This document shows positions 24,455-32,000 of a stretch of DNA of 32,000 nt, piece by piece; positions within the stretch are counted from its first letter, which is position 1, and each line of letters starts with the position of its first letter. Both the position numbers and the translations under genes were made by a program. This DNA is from Halomicronema hongdechloris C2206 (GTDB taxonomy: Bacteria; Cyanobacteriota; Cyanobacteriia; Phormidesmidales; Phormidesmidaceae). The notes beneath the pieces are model-generated. The model was given only the letters and a program-made list of their open reading frames with translations. It did not search any database and was not told the DNA's origin. The stretch spans positions 5,130,001 to 5,162,000 of the forward strand of contig NZ_CP021983.2 in assembly GCF_002075285.3 (NCBI RefSeq), in the 5' to 3' direction.

Positions 24455-25899
24455 CCTACCTGCATCCCTGGTATGTGCGATCGCATCCCCTGCAGCACCG
24501 CACCGGCAGCGATATCTTTGCCCGCTTATTTGGCCACAGGACTACCATCGCCACCCTGCTGGAGAGTCCCTATCCACCCCCCCCGGAGCCAGCCCAGGCC
24601 CAGCTGGGCCAGTATTCTATCTGTGCCGGACCGCCCCGGACGATTGCTGGTCAGCCCCGGCTTTGGGCGCCTCAACAGGGCAGGATCCTATCGACCCTGG
24701 CCGAGCTACAGCGGTGGGCGCGCCGCGCTGCTCCCTCCCCTCTGATTGACGCCGATCGGGGCCAGCCCGTCACCCTCCCCTGCTTCTCTGGGGGCTGGTT
24801 GGGCTGGTTGGGCTATGACCTGGCTTGGGAAATCGAACGCTTACCCCGGCAACGGCCCGACCCCCTATCGTTTCCCGTGGCCTTCTGGTACGAACCCGAC
24901 TGCTTTGCCGTCCTCGACCATCGGCATCAACAGCTCTGGCTAGCGGCCAGTTGCCCCGCTCAACTGATGACTCTGGAGCAGAGCCTACATAGGGCCGAGC
25001 CATTCCCTAGCCTCCATCACTCCCTCGCGGCAGATCCCCTGGTCGATCAGCTCAGCTTCGGGTCGACCCAGGCGGAGTACGAGCAGGCTGTCCGTCGGGC
25101 CAAGGGCCATATTCAAGCCGGCGATATTTTTCAAGCCAACCTTTCTCTGCGCTTTGAAACCCGCACTGCGGCCGACAGTTGGGCCATCTATCGCGCCCTA
25201 CAGCGCATTAATCCCTCCCCCTTTAGCAGTTACTGGCGCAGTCCCTGGGGGGCGTTGATCAGTTGCTCCCCAGAGCGTCTGGTACAGGTAAAGGGGCGTA
25301 AGGCCCAGACCCGCCCCATTGCTGGCACCCGACCCCGAGGCCAGACCGGCCGGCAAGACCAAGTCTATGGCGATGAGTTACGGAGTCATCCCAAGGAGAT
25401 CGCAGAGCACATCATGTTGGTCGATCTAGTTCGCAATGACCTGGGCCGAGTCTGCCAGTGGGGCACCGTGCAAGTCAGTGAGTTGTTGACCATTGAACGC
25501 TACAGCCATGTCATGCATCTCGTCAGTAACGTCGTGGGGCAGCTGCAACCACAGGCCACGGTGGTGGATGTTATCCGAGCTATTTTTCCGGGGGGAACGA
25601 TTACGGGGTGTCCTAAAGTACGCTGCATGGAGATTATCAACGAGTTGGAACCAGTGCGCCGCAGTCTGTTTTACGGCTCCTGTGGCTATCTAGACTGGCG
25701 AGGACAGCTCGACTTAAATATTTTGATTCGGACGCTGCTGTGGGCGCCTCAGCCCGGGGCTACGTCCCATCGGGTCTGGGGGCAGGTTGGGGCTGGCATT
25801 GTGGCCGATAGTCAGCCCCACCGAGAATGGCAAGAGTCCTTGCAAAAGGCTAAAGCCCAACTCCAGGCTCTGGGGATAGAGCTAGAGCGTTTAGCCTAG
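24418..25899 (+). CDS. pabB: aminodeoxychorismate synthase component I (anthranilate synthase component I family)
   Basis: It has chorismate-binding motifs: SPERLV, PIAGTRPRG, KEIAEHIMLVDLVRNDLGRV, HLVSNVVGQL, FPGGTITGCPK and RSLFYGSCGYLDW...DLNILIRT. The start is ambiguous: GTG 24418, TTG 24451 (overlapping the ecfT stop) or GTG 24475. Confidence 0.8.
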   Translation: MVGSISLGECPLTYLHPWYVRSHPLQHRTGSDIFARLFGHRTTIATLLESPYPPPPEPAQAQLGQYSICAGPPRTIAGQPRLWAPQQGRILSTLAELQRWARRAAPSPLIDADRGQPVTLPCFSGGWLGWLGYDLAWEIERLPRQRPDPLSFPVAFWYEPDCFAVLDHRHQQLWLAASCPAQLMTLEQSLHRAEPFPSLHHSLAADPLVDQLSFGSTQAEYEQAVRRAKGHIQAGDIFQANLSLRFETRTAADSWAIYRALQRINPSPFSSYWRSPWGALISCSPERLVQVKGRKAQTRPIAGTRPRGQTGRQDQVYGDELRSHPKEIAEHIMLVDLVRNDLGRVCQWGTVQVSELLTIERYSHVMHLVSNVVGQLQPQATVVDVIRAIFPGGTITGCPKVRCMEIINELEPVRRSLFYGSCGYLDWRGQLDLNILIRTLLWAPQPGATSHRVWGQVGAGIVADSQPHREWQESLQKAKAQLQALGIELERLA

Positions 25900-25975
25900 T
25901 CCATTACAGCTGCTAGTCTTATAGACCACTTTGGCATACAGTATTGGCAGATTTAAGGATTTCCGTTCCACCTGA

Positions 25976-26248
25976 ATGAGCGCAGAGACATACCTCAATC
26001 ATCCCACCTTTGGCCTGCTCTTCAGGGTCTGTATGGCAAACGACAGCCAAGAGCTGTTTGCCACCCTCTATGCGCAGCGGCTCTTTTTTCTGGTGAAATC
26101 GGTGCCACCGGATGGGGTGGCCTTCGAACCCCTAGGTCGAGCCGATGCGCGGCTACTGCTGGAAAATCGCATGCGGATGCTGCGGCGGGCCGGCCAGTAT
26201 TCGGAGTACGATCGATTACAGAAGACGTACAAGCAAACCTTTCAATGA
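25976..26248 (+). CDS. pipX: PII-interacting protein PipX
   Basis: 90 aa. The sequence YLNHPTFGLLFRVC.....QELFATLYAQRLFFLV....G..FEP.GR..AR.L.ENR.R.LRR.G...EY..L...YKQTF matches PipX as I remember it. There is an ATGA overlap with the next gene. Confidence 0.9.
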   Translation: MSAETYLNHPTFGLLFRVCMANDSQELFATLYAQRLFFLVKSVPPDGVAFEPLGRADARLLLENRMRMLRRAGQYSEYDRLQKTYKQTFQ

Positions 26249-26931
26249 CTGCTGCTGCTACCTTTGAGCAGGTTGCTGACAATATTGCCCGGATTCGCCA
26301 AACGGTTCCCCCGACGGTTCGCATTGTCGCGGTTACTAAAAAGTTGCCCAGTGCTGCCATCCGTGCTGCCTATAACGCTGGTCTGCGGGATTTTGGTGAA
26401 AGCCAGGTGCAGGAGGCCCTGACCAAGCAGCGGGAACTCCAGGACTTAGCCGATATTACCTGGCATATGATTGGCCACTTGCAGACGAATAAGGCCAAGC
26501 AGGTGCTAGAGCACTTTCACTGGATTCATGCCGTCGATAGCCTCAGGTTGGCCCAAAAGTTGAACCAATTGGCGGCTGATCGCGGCCAATTGCTGCAGTG
26601 CTGCCTGCAAGTGAAGATGGTGCCAGATCCGCCTAAGTATGGCTTCGAGTTAGAGGAGCTTTGGTCGGCTCTGCCCCACCTCGATGACTGTCATCACCTG
26701 AGCTGGGCGGGCCTGATGACGATTCCGCCCCTGCATACCCCAGCCCCGGAAACAGAAGGCATCTTTTGCCAGGCCCGAGCCCTAGCTGACCAGATTAATC
26801 GAGCCGGGTTTGCCCATCTCAACCTACAGCAGCTTTCCATGGGCATGTCGTCGGATTATCCCTATGCGATCGCAGCGGGGGCAACCATGATTCGCTTAGG
26901 GACAATTCTGTTTGGTCCTCGGCCGAGCTGA
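26245..26931 (+). CDS. pipY: YggS-family pyridoxal-phosphate-binding protein (PLPBP) PipY
   Basis: 228 aa with the motifs VAVTKK (PLP lysine), FGESQVQEA, WHMIGHLQTNKAK, GLMTIPP and LSMGMSSDY..AI..GAT.IR.G. It is translationally coupled to pipX, as in the known pipXY operon. Confidence 0.9.
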   Translation: MTAAATFEQVADNIARIRQTVPPTVRIVAVTKKLPSAAIRAAYNAGLRDFGESQVQEALTKQRELQDLADITWHMIGHLQTNKAKQVLEHFHWIHAVDSLRLAQKLNQLAADRGQLLQCCLQVKMVPDPPKYGFELEELWSALPHLDDCHHLSWAGLMTIPPLHTPAPETEGIFCQARALADQINRAGFAHLNLQQLSMGMSSDYPYAIAAGATMIRLGTILFGPRPS

Positions 26932-26946
26932 TCGTTTTGGTACAGA

Positions 26947-26966
26947 TCATTGCAAAATCGATCTGA
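26947..26966. repeat. perfect 10-bp tandem duplication AATCGATCTG x2 within a GATC cluster
   Basis: Read directly: AATCGATCTG at 26947-26956 and again at 26957-26966. GATC sites lie at 26921, 26936, 26951, 26961, 26971 and 27022. Confidence 0.9.
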
Positions 26967-27506
26967 ATCGATCTGGACTGATCAAAATCGTGGAGGTAGC
27001 TCTCGAAATCGACAGATTTCACTTGCTAAAGATCGCTGCAAACCAGATGGCTATGTCCCCATCAGTGGCTGATGCTGAGAGAGATATCTCCAGAAGCACC
27101 TTTTTCAACACTCCCTGACTAGGGATTTAGCAGATTTCCCCGATTATTTCTTTAACTAATTGTTCACGAGGTTTGATTTCTCGAGATTTCGTGTATACTG
27201 TGGACTCAACATTCTGCATGATGGACTACGATTAAAACACTCATCAATCCAACTGCAGAACGTTAAAAAACGCGTCCTCCGACAGGTCATCGGGACGACC
27301 TCTATTTTCTCGGTGGGTAGTCCCAAAGTCAGATGAAGCAGTATGATAGCCAATTGAACCTGGTTACTCCACTGATCCAGCTGATTTCTAGATCGAGCAG
27401 CGGTAGAGTTAGTGGGAATCTGGGTTCGTTAGGTATCTACTGTTGAGAGGAGATGAAACGTCTCCCTTCCTGTCAAGTTCGTGATAGCCATGATGGAGTG
27501 TAAGCC

Positions 27507-28106
27507 GTGAGTAATCTCTTCTCTAAGCTACGAGACTTTGTCGGTCTCACTGACCCGGCAGATTATGAATACGAATATGACGAGATGGACGGCGAGGACT
27601 ATCAAAGCCTATATCAGGAAGAGAATCCTCAACCGATTCAGCCCCCGGAGGAACCTCGCAGCCGTCGTCGAATCCGAGAACGGATGCTGTCCTCTGATAC
27701 TGGAATGACCACTATGGGTAGTAATGTGATTGGAATGCCTGGAGCAATTAATGGAGCCTCGGAAGTTGTGGTGATGGAGCCCCGCTCCTTCGAAGAAATG
27801 CCACAAGCGATTCAAGCTTTGCGGGAACGCAAGTCTGTGGTCTTGAATCTAACCATTATGGACCCAGATCAGGCCCAACGGGCAGTTGATTTCGTTGCCG
27901 GTGGCACCTACGCCATCGATGGTCATCAAGAGCGTATCGGCGAGAGCATCTTCCTCTTCACGCCCAATTGTGTGCAGGTCAGCACCCCGACGGAATTTGC
28001 CGATGACATGCCCATGACGCCTCCTCCTCAGGCGGCTGCACCAACCCAGCAGCAAGCCCCCCCGACTCCAGCCTGGGGCACGGAACAAACGGCCCGGATG
28101 GCCTAA
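27507..28106 (+). CDS. sepF: cell division protein SepF
   Basis: GTG start with GGAG 8 nt upstream. The N-terminus is [14 protein letters not shown], and the conserved core is [66 protein letters not shown]. Confidence 0.9.
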   Translation: MSNLFSKLRDFVGLTDPADYEYEYDEMDGEDYQSLYQEENPQPIQPPEEPRSRRRIRERMLSSDTGMTTMGSNVIGMPGAINGASEVVVMEPRSFEEMPQAIQALRERKSVVLNLTIMDPDQAQRAVDFVAGGTYAIDGHQERIGESIFLFTPNCVQVSTPTEFADDMPMTPPPQAAAPTQQQAPPTPAWGTEQTARMA

Positions 28107-28236
28107 TCAGCCGGCCGCAGTGCCTGATCTAGGCTTGTCTCATCTCGCGAGCAGGAGCATCTGCCTTGGTTGAAGGTGAGGCGAGGGAATGGTTGTTGTC
28201 CGATGAGCAGTTGCTGTAGTGCACGATAATACCCCT

Positions 28237-29043
28237 ATGCCGACTCGGCTTGGCATGATTGGCGGCGGGGTGATGGGCGAAGCCCTGCTGTCGCGGTTGG
28301 TGGCTGAGCAGGTGTTTGAGCCTGGGGCCATCACCGTTGGTGAGCCCCAAGCCGAGCGACGGACAACCCTGGCCCATCAGTATGGTGTGGTGGCGACGGC
28401 CGATAATCAGCAGGTGCTGAGTCAGGCTGAAGTGGTGCTCTTGGCGGTGAAACCTCAGAATTTGGCGGCGGTGGCCGCTGACTTAGAACAGGCGGCGTCT
28501 CACGGCTCGCCCCTGTTGCTATCGATTCTGGCGGGGATACCCTTGAGTAACCTGCAAGCCATCGTACCTAACTGGCCTGTGATTCGGGCCATGCCCAACA
28601 CGCCAGCTACGGTGGGTGCGGGCATGACCGTGTTGGCTCCCGGGCAAGGCGTACAGCCCCATCATCTCGCCCAGGCTCGCCGTATCTTTCAGACAGTGGG
28701 TCAGGTGTTAGAGGTGCCAGAATCTCTGATGGACGCGGTGACTGGGCTGTCGGGTTCGGGGCCTGGGTACGTGGCTATCATGATCGAAGCATTGGCTGAC
28801 GGCGGGGTGGCGGCAGGGCTACCCCGAACGGTGGCTCTGCAGCTAGCCCTGCAGACGGTACGGGGCACTGCGGAGTTACTCTTAGCCAAGGAGTGGCACC
28901 CTGCGATGTTGAAGGACCGGGTGACGAGCCCTGGGGGCACTACCATTGCTGGTATTGCTCAGCTAGAGCAAGCTGGGATTCGTTCAGCGTTGATAGAGGC
29001 GGTGCGGACGGCAGCCCAGCGCTCTAGGGACTTGGGAGGATAG
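28237..29043 (+). CDS. proC: pyrroline-5-carboxylate reductase
   Basis: I prefer the ATG at 28237 (MPTRLGMIGGGVMGEALL, a Rossmann GxGxMG motif). Other motifs are VLLAVKPQ, RAMPNTPA, GSGPGY and the C-terminal SPGGTTIAG. Confidence 0.9.
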   Translation: MPTRLGMIGGGVMGEALLSRLVAEQVFEPGAITVGEPQAERRTTLAHQYGVVATADNQQVLSQAEVVLLAVKPQNLAAVAADLEQAASHGSPLLLSILAGIPLSNLQAIVPNWPVIRAMPNTPATVGAGMTVLAPGQGVQPHHLAQARRIFQTVGQVLEVPESLMDAVTGLSGSGPGYVAIMIEALADGGVAAGLPRTVALQLALQTVRGTAELLLAKEWHPAMLKDRVTSPGGTTIAGIAQLEQAGIRSALIEAVRTAAQRSRDLGG

Positions 29044-29053
29044 TGACTAGGTC

Positions 29054-29353
29054 ATGGATTTAACCCGATTACTGGTGCAGCTGCTGATTGCCATTGTCTG
29101 CGCCAGTATTGCTAATATCCTGGTGCCTCGGCAGATTCCAGGCAAAGGAGTGGGCTTAGTTGTCATTGGTCTGGCCGGGGTATATCTGGGAGAGCAAGGA
29201 GCGAGCCTGTTGCAAGATCGCTATGGCTTATCTATTCCTGGATTAGAGTGGGCCATTCAAGGGGTGCCCATACTGCCGTCCATTATCGGTTCGGCTGTTA
29301 TCTTGTATGTGGTGACCGCCTTCTTGAGTTGGGGACACTATGGCAATCGCTAG
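29054..29353 (+). CDS. small membrane protein, GlsB/YeaQ/YmgE (transglycosylase-associated) family-like
   Basis: 99 aa with three hydrophobic segments. IANILVPRQIPGKGVGLVVIGLAGVYLG resembles the family pattern IA....PG.......I..G..GA..G. Confidence 0.55.
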   Translation: MDLTRLLVQLLIAIVCASIANILVPRQIPGKGVGLVVIGLAGVYLGEQGASLLQDRYGLSIPGLEWAIQGVPILPSIIGSAVILYVVTAFLSWGHYGNR

Positions 29354-29401
29354 GCTGGGCTACCTGGAACGATAGGGAAAACTGGGAGCCATGACATTTG
29401 C

Positions 29402-30070
29402 CTAGCTACTTGTCTTCCGGCTACCTAGACGGGGTTCGGTGCCTGCGAGGATGCGGTTTATGTTGGTGCGGTGGCGCAGAATCACGTAGAGTCCCCCTGC
29501 GATCGCAAGGAGTAGATAGGGCAGAGGCTGACCAGTGATAGCCATCAGGCCGATGGTGACCAAGGCAGCCATAATCGAACTCAAAGACACGATGCGAGAG
29601 ATGGCTAGGACGACGGCGAAGGTGACCACCGCTCCCATGGCGATGGGCCAAGCCAAGGCCAGCAACACCCCAAAGCCTGAGGCTGCCGACTTGCCGCCAG
29701 TGAACTGAATCCAGATGGAGCGGCTGTGGCCCACCAGAGCCATCAACCCTGCCAAGGCGGCCCACCAAGGCCAACCATCCGCCGGAATTGATGACTGAAA
29801 AGCACTGGCTATGAAGGGATAGGCAACCTTGATCAGGAGGACCGCGGCCATGCCCTTGAGAATATCGATGATCAGCACCGTCAGCCCTGCCCCTTTGCCG
29901 ACGGTGCGCAGCACATTAGTCGCCCCCGTGCCGCCAGAGCCATAGTCACGAATGTCAACACCCTTGAGCCACCTGGTCACCAAATACCCTGTGGGAATCG
30001 AACCTAGCAGATAGGCTGCTAACAGCACCCCCACCATGGCAAGCCACCCTACCATTTCATCCTCTTTCAT
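29402..30070 (-). CDS. plsY: glycerol-3-phosphate acyltransferase PlsY
   Basis: Motifs are YLLGSIPTGYL, DIRDYGSGGTGATNVLR and GGKSAASGFG. An alternative start is the ATG at 30055 (MVGWLAMV...). Confidence 0.9.
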   Translation of the reverse strand: MKEDEMVGWLAMVGVLLAAYLLGSIPTGYLVTRWLKGVDIRDYGSGGTGATNVLRTVGKGAGLTVLIIDILKGMAAVLLIKVAYPFIASAFQSSIPADGWPWWAALAGLMALVGHSRSIWIQFTGGKSAASGFGVLLALAWPIAMGAVVTFAVVLAISRIVSLSSIMAALVTIGLMAITGQPLPYLLLAIAGGLYVILRHRTNINRILAGTEPRLGSRKTSS

Positions 30071-30243
30071 CCTCTACATTGCGCTCAGTAACAGTTTAAG
30101 AGCTGAGGGGGCTGTCCTCGATGGCCAGCCATGAAGTTTTTAACATCCAGGCGGCCCCCAATAACTCACGGCAACCGGTAACCGACTAGTATTCTGCGGC
30201 AGCAATAATGCCCCTATTGACTAGAGCGGCAAGGCTGCTATTC

Positions 30244-30282
30244 ATCAGGATCTCCCTGTCTGCCTTCCTACTTCTGCCTTGG
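30244..30282. repeat. dispersed repeat, copy 2 (inverted relative to 3154-3200)
   Basis: ATCAGGATCTCCCTG-TCTGCCTTCCTACTTCTGCCTTGG. The last 24 nt are the exact reverse complement of 3154-3177. Confidence 0.85.
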
Positions 30283-30346
30283 CAGACTAGTCCCTCTGTC
30301 GCTAGTAATGGGAGTCGCCCGGACGCCACCACCTGTTAGGGGGGGA

Positions 30347-31390
30347 TTAGTAGTAGTCATACTCCGAGCTGGGATTCATCGGATCGGGAGCAAAGGCCAA
30401 CCACAGGGGGAACCGCAACAGGGATAGGCTCACCTTGTCTTCCGATTCGTCGATGATGATCAGGGGTAGGCGATCACTCTCGACTAGGCGCTCTGCTCGC
30501 TGGGCTAGGGGGTCTGGTGCTTCGAATAGAACAATGCCACGGCCGGTGCCGAAATCAGCCCGGGACACGCCCAAGCAGTCCTGTAGACCCCGTCGCCACT
30601 CGCCCAGGCGCTCGGGAGTGTTGGCCAAGATCAAGGTGTGCAGGCGATTGCCATAGAGGGTATGCAGAATTGAGATCGCTGCCGAGGCCACCAGGACATT
30701 TTGCAATCGGCTGCTCATGCTCTTGAGGGCACCCCGGCCGCCCTGGGTAAAGAACCAGTTGGCGACACGCTCGGCATGAAGCGGCTCAAAGGTGCGTCGC
30801 AACTGCCAGACTGGGCCGTAGTAGTCGGGTCGCATCCGGTACTGATCGAGCAGATCCCGAATCCGTTCGGTTTGGCTTTGAAAGCGTCCGGCAGCAAAAT
30901 CGGCTGTCGGCTGAGTCTTAGGAGGCGGGGCCGGTTCCGGCGCCGGAGGCTCAGCTGCGGCTGGGGTGGGTGGGGCCAGTTCCAGTTGTTCGGCGGCGGC
31001 AGCGAGATCCTGCAGACTGCCCACTAAGTATTCCTTGAAGCCCTGGACTCGAATGGCCAAATCTTGGGAAACACCGGCAAAGCTGGTACGCATTTCTGCC
31101 TGGATGCGATCGCGACGGCGCTCTAACTTCTCAATCTCGAGCTGTAATGAGCGCTGCCGCTGCTCTAGATCTGAGAGACTGCGCTTGACCAGCTGGTTAA
31201 TGTCCACCTGCGCCTGCTGCAGTTGCTCCTTGATCAGGCGATCGTAGCTAGCCTGTAAATCTGCAATCCGCCGCTTCAGGTCGGCTTCCTGACGCTGTAG
31301 CTGGTCCAAGTTGGCAGCCTTGCCCTCCGTGTTTGTGGACGAGGCGGGTGATGAAGACTGAGGGGAATTGACGAACTCGTCTGAAGTCAT
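30347..31390 (-). CDS. cyanobacterial coiled-coil protein (DUF3086-like)
   Basis: 347 aa. A long N-terminal coiled coil (LDQLQRQEADLKRRIADLQASYDRLIKEQLQQAQ...LQLEIEKLERRRDRIQAEM) is followed by a proline-rich linker and a conserved C-terminal domain. The family assignment is from memory only. Confidence 0.55.
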   Translation of the reverse strand: MTSDEFVNSPQSSSPASSTNTEGKAANLDQLQRQEADLKRRIADLQASYDRLIKEQLQQAQVDINQLVKRSLSDLEQRQRSLQLEIEKLERRRDRIQAEMRTSFAGVSQDLAIRVQGFKEYLVGSLQDLAAAAEQLELAPPTPAAAEPPAPEPAPPPKTQPTADFAAGRFQSQTERIRDLLDQYRMRPDYYGPVWQLRRTFEPLHAERVANWFFTQGGRGALKSMSSRLQNVLVASAAISILHTLYGNRLHTLILANTPERLGEWRRGLQDCLGVSRADFGTGRGIVLFEAPDPLAQRAERLVESDRLPLIIIDESEDKVSLSLLRFPLWLAFAPDPMNPSSEYDYY

Positions 31391-31438
31391 AAAGGGCAGG
31401 GATCACCGTAAAAAACGTAGGACAATGGGGCGGAATGC

Positions 31439-31825
31439 CTAGCCGCTGGATTGACGCGGGTAATGATGCTCTAGTTGGCGCTGGAGTTCCTCCGCATCAA
31501 AGAGGATGGGCAGGAAATGAATGCTCTTTACTTCGCGAAAATAAAACAAAACTGGGAATTTAGGCGAAAAAATCTGCCAAAATTGCCAGTCAGCATAGGG
31601 AAAGTGACGAATCCGGCCCTCCCCTCGATAAATATCCAGGGCGGTGTCGGTGAAATGCAGCCGCAGAGTCAGGGCCTGAACCAACAGAAACATGCCGAAC
31701 AGTGCGATCGCACCGGCTAGCCAAGGCGTGACCCACAAACAGGGAATGGCCACTAACACCAGTACCGTGGGGATGGCATAACTAGGAGCCAAGATCGTTG
31801 TTTCGGTGGTAGAGGTAGATGTCAC
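31439..31825 (-). CDS. small two-TM membrane protein (DUF3119-like)
   Basis: 128 aa with a GTG start. Two N-terminal TM helices precede ...LHFTDTALDIYRGEGRIRHFPYADWQFWQIFSPKFPVLFYFREVKSIHFLPILFD. The family name is from memory and has low certainty. Confidence 0.5.
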   Translation of the reverse strand: MTSTSTTETTILAPSYAIPTVLVLVAIPCLWVTPWLAGAIALFGMFLLVQALTLRLHFTDTALDIYRGEGRIRHFPYADWQFWQIFSPKFPVLFYFREVKSIHFLPILFDAEELQRQLEHHYPRQSSG

Positions 31826-32000
31826 AGCACACCAGAGAGTATCGTCAATGAACAGAAATGAGTAGATTTGGCCGTCGACCCCACAGCATGTAAGGCCAGC
31901 GATTCCCGGGCCATTGTTGGATACATCAGAATGGCAGGCAAGCTTACGCTCCCCATTCTATCGGGTGCCCGCCGCTAAAAGCCATCTAGCAACGCACTAC

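Noticed and set aside
27156-27353. Minus-strand 65-aa ORF and plus-strand 68-aa ORF (26912-27118) in the pipY-sepF spacer
   Set aside because: There is no RBS and no recognisable family. The plus-strand ORF starts with TTG inside pipY. The region is better described as repeat-rich non-coding DNA.
27443-27493. A 16-codon upstream ORF (MKRLPSCQVRDSHDGV) ending 13 nt before the sepF start
   Set aside because: The only SD-like sequence (GAGGAG) directly abuts the ATG with no spacer. The same bases form a stable hairpin, so it is more likely a structural element than a translated uORF.

Overview
This window looks like a cyanobacterial chromosomal segment. Evidence: at least 15 copies of the HIP1 octamer GCGATCGC, a pipX-pipY operon, and SLH/OprB-type outer-membrane porins. 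The species cannot be determined from the sequence alone. I support about 35 protein-coding genes, mostly housekeeping. They are: a truncated CPA2 antiporter, MATE efflux, a HEAT-repeat protein, hemL, hisIE, argS, DUF2237, nadC, pterin-4a-carbinolamine dehydratase, an Rrf2 regulator with cysK, a GT39 glycosyltransferase, a J-domain protein, der, ecfT/cbiQ, pabB, pipX, pipY, sepF, proC, a YeaQ/GlsB-like membrane protein, plsY, DUF3086 and DUF3119. Three parts look accessory or unusual. (1) A 2.4-kb islet between hemL and hisIE carries two type II toxin-antitoxin pairs (RelE/ParE-type and BrnT/BrnA) plus ORF remnants. It is partitioned by three homologous 85-90-nt imperfect palindromes whose ends resemble integron attC core sites. 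(2) Three tandem SLH-OprB porin paralogs have N-terminal modules that are nearly identical at nucleotide level, while the barrels diverge. (3) A roughly 280-nt structured leader or small RNA has a perfect Shine-Dalgarno, a 23-codon sORF and a strong intrinsic terminator directly in front of the pterin dehydratase gene. I found no rRNA, tRNA, CRISPR array, transposase, integrase or recognisable defence enzymes. I do not see a convincing novel multi-gene protein system. The most novel candidates are the attC-like cassette structure and the unclassified leader. All calls come from reading the sequence and ORF translations by eye; no database search was run.
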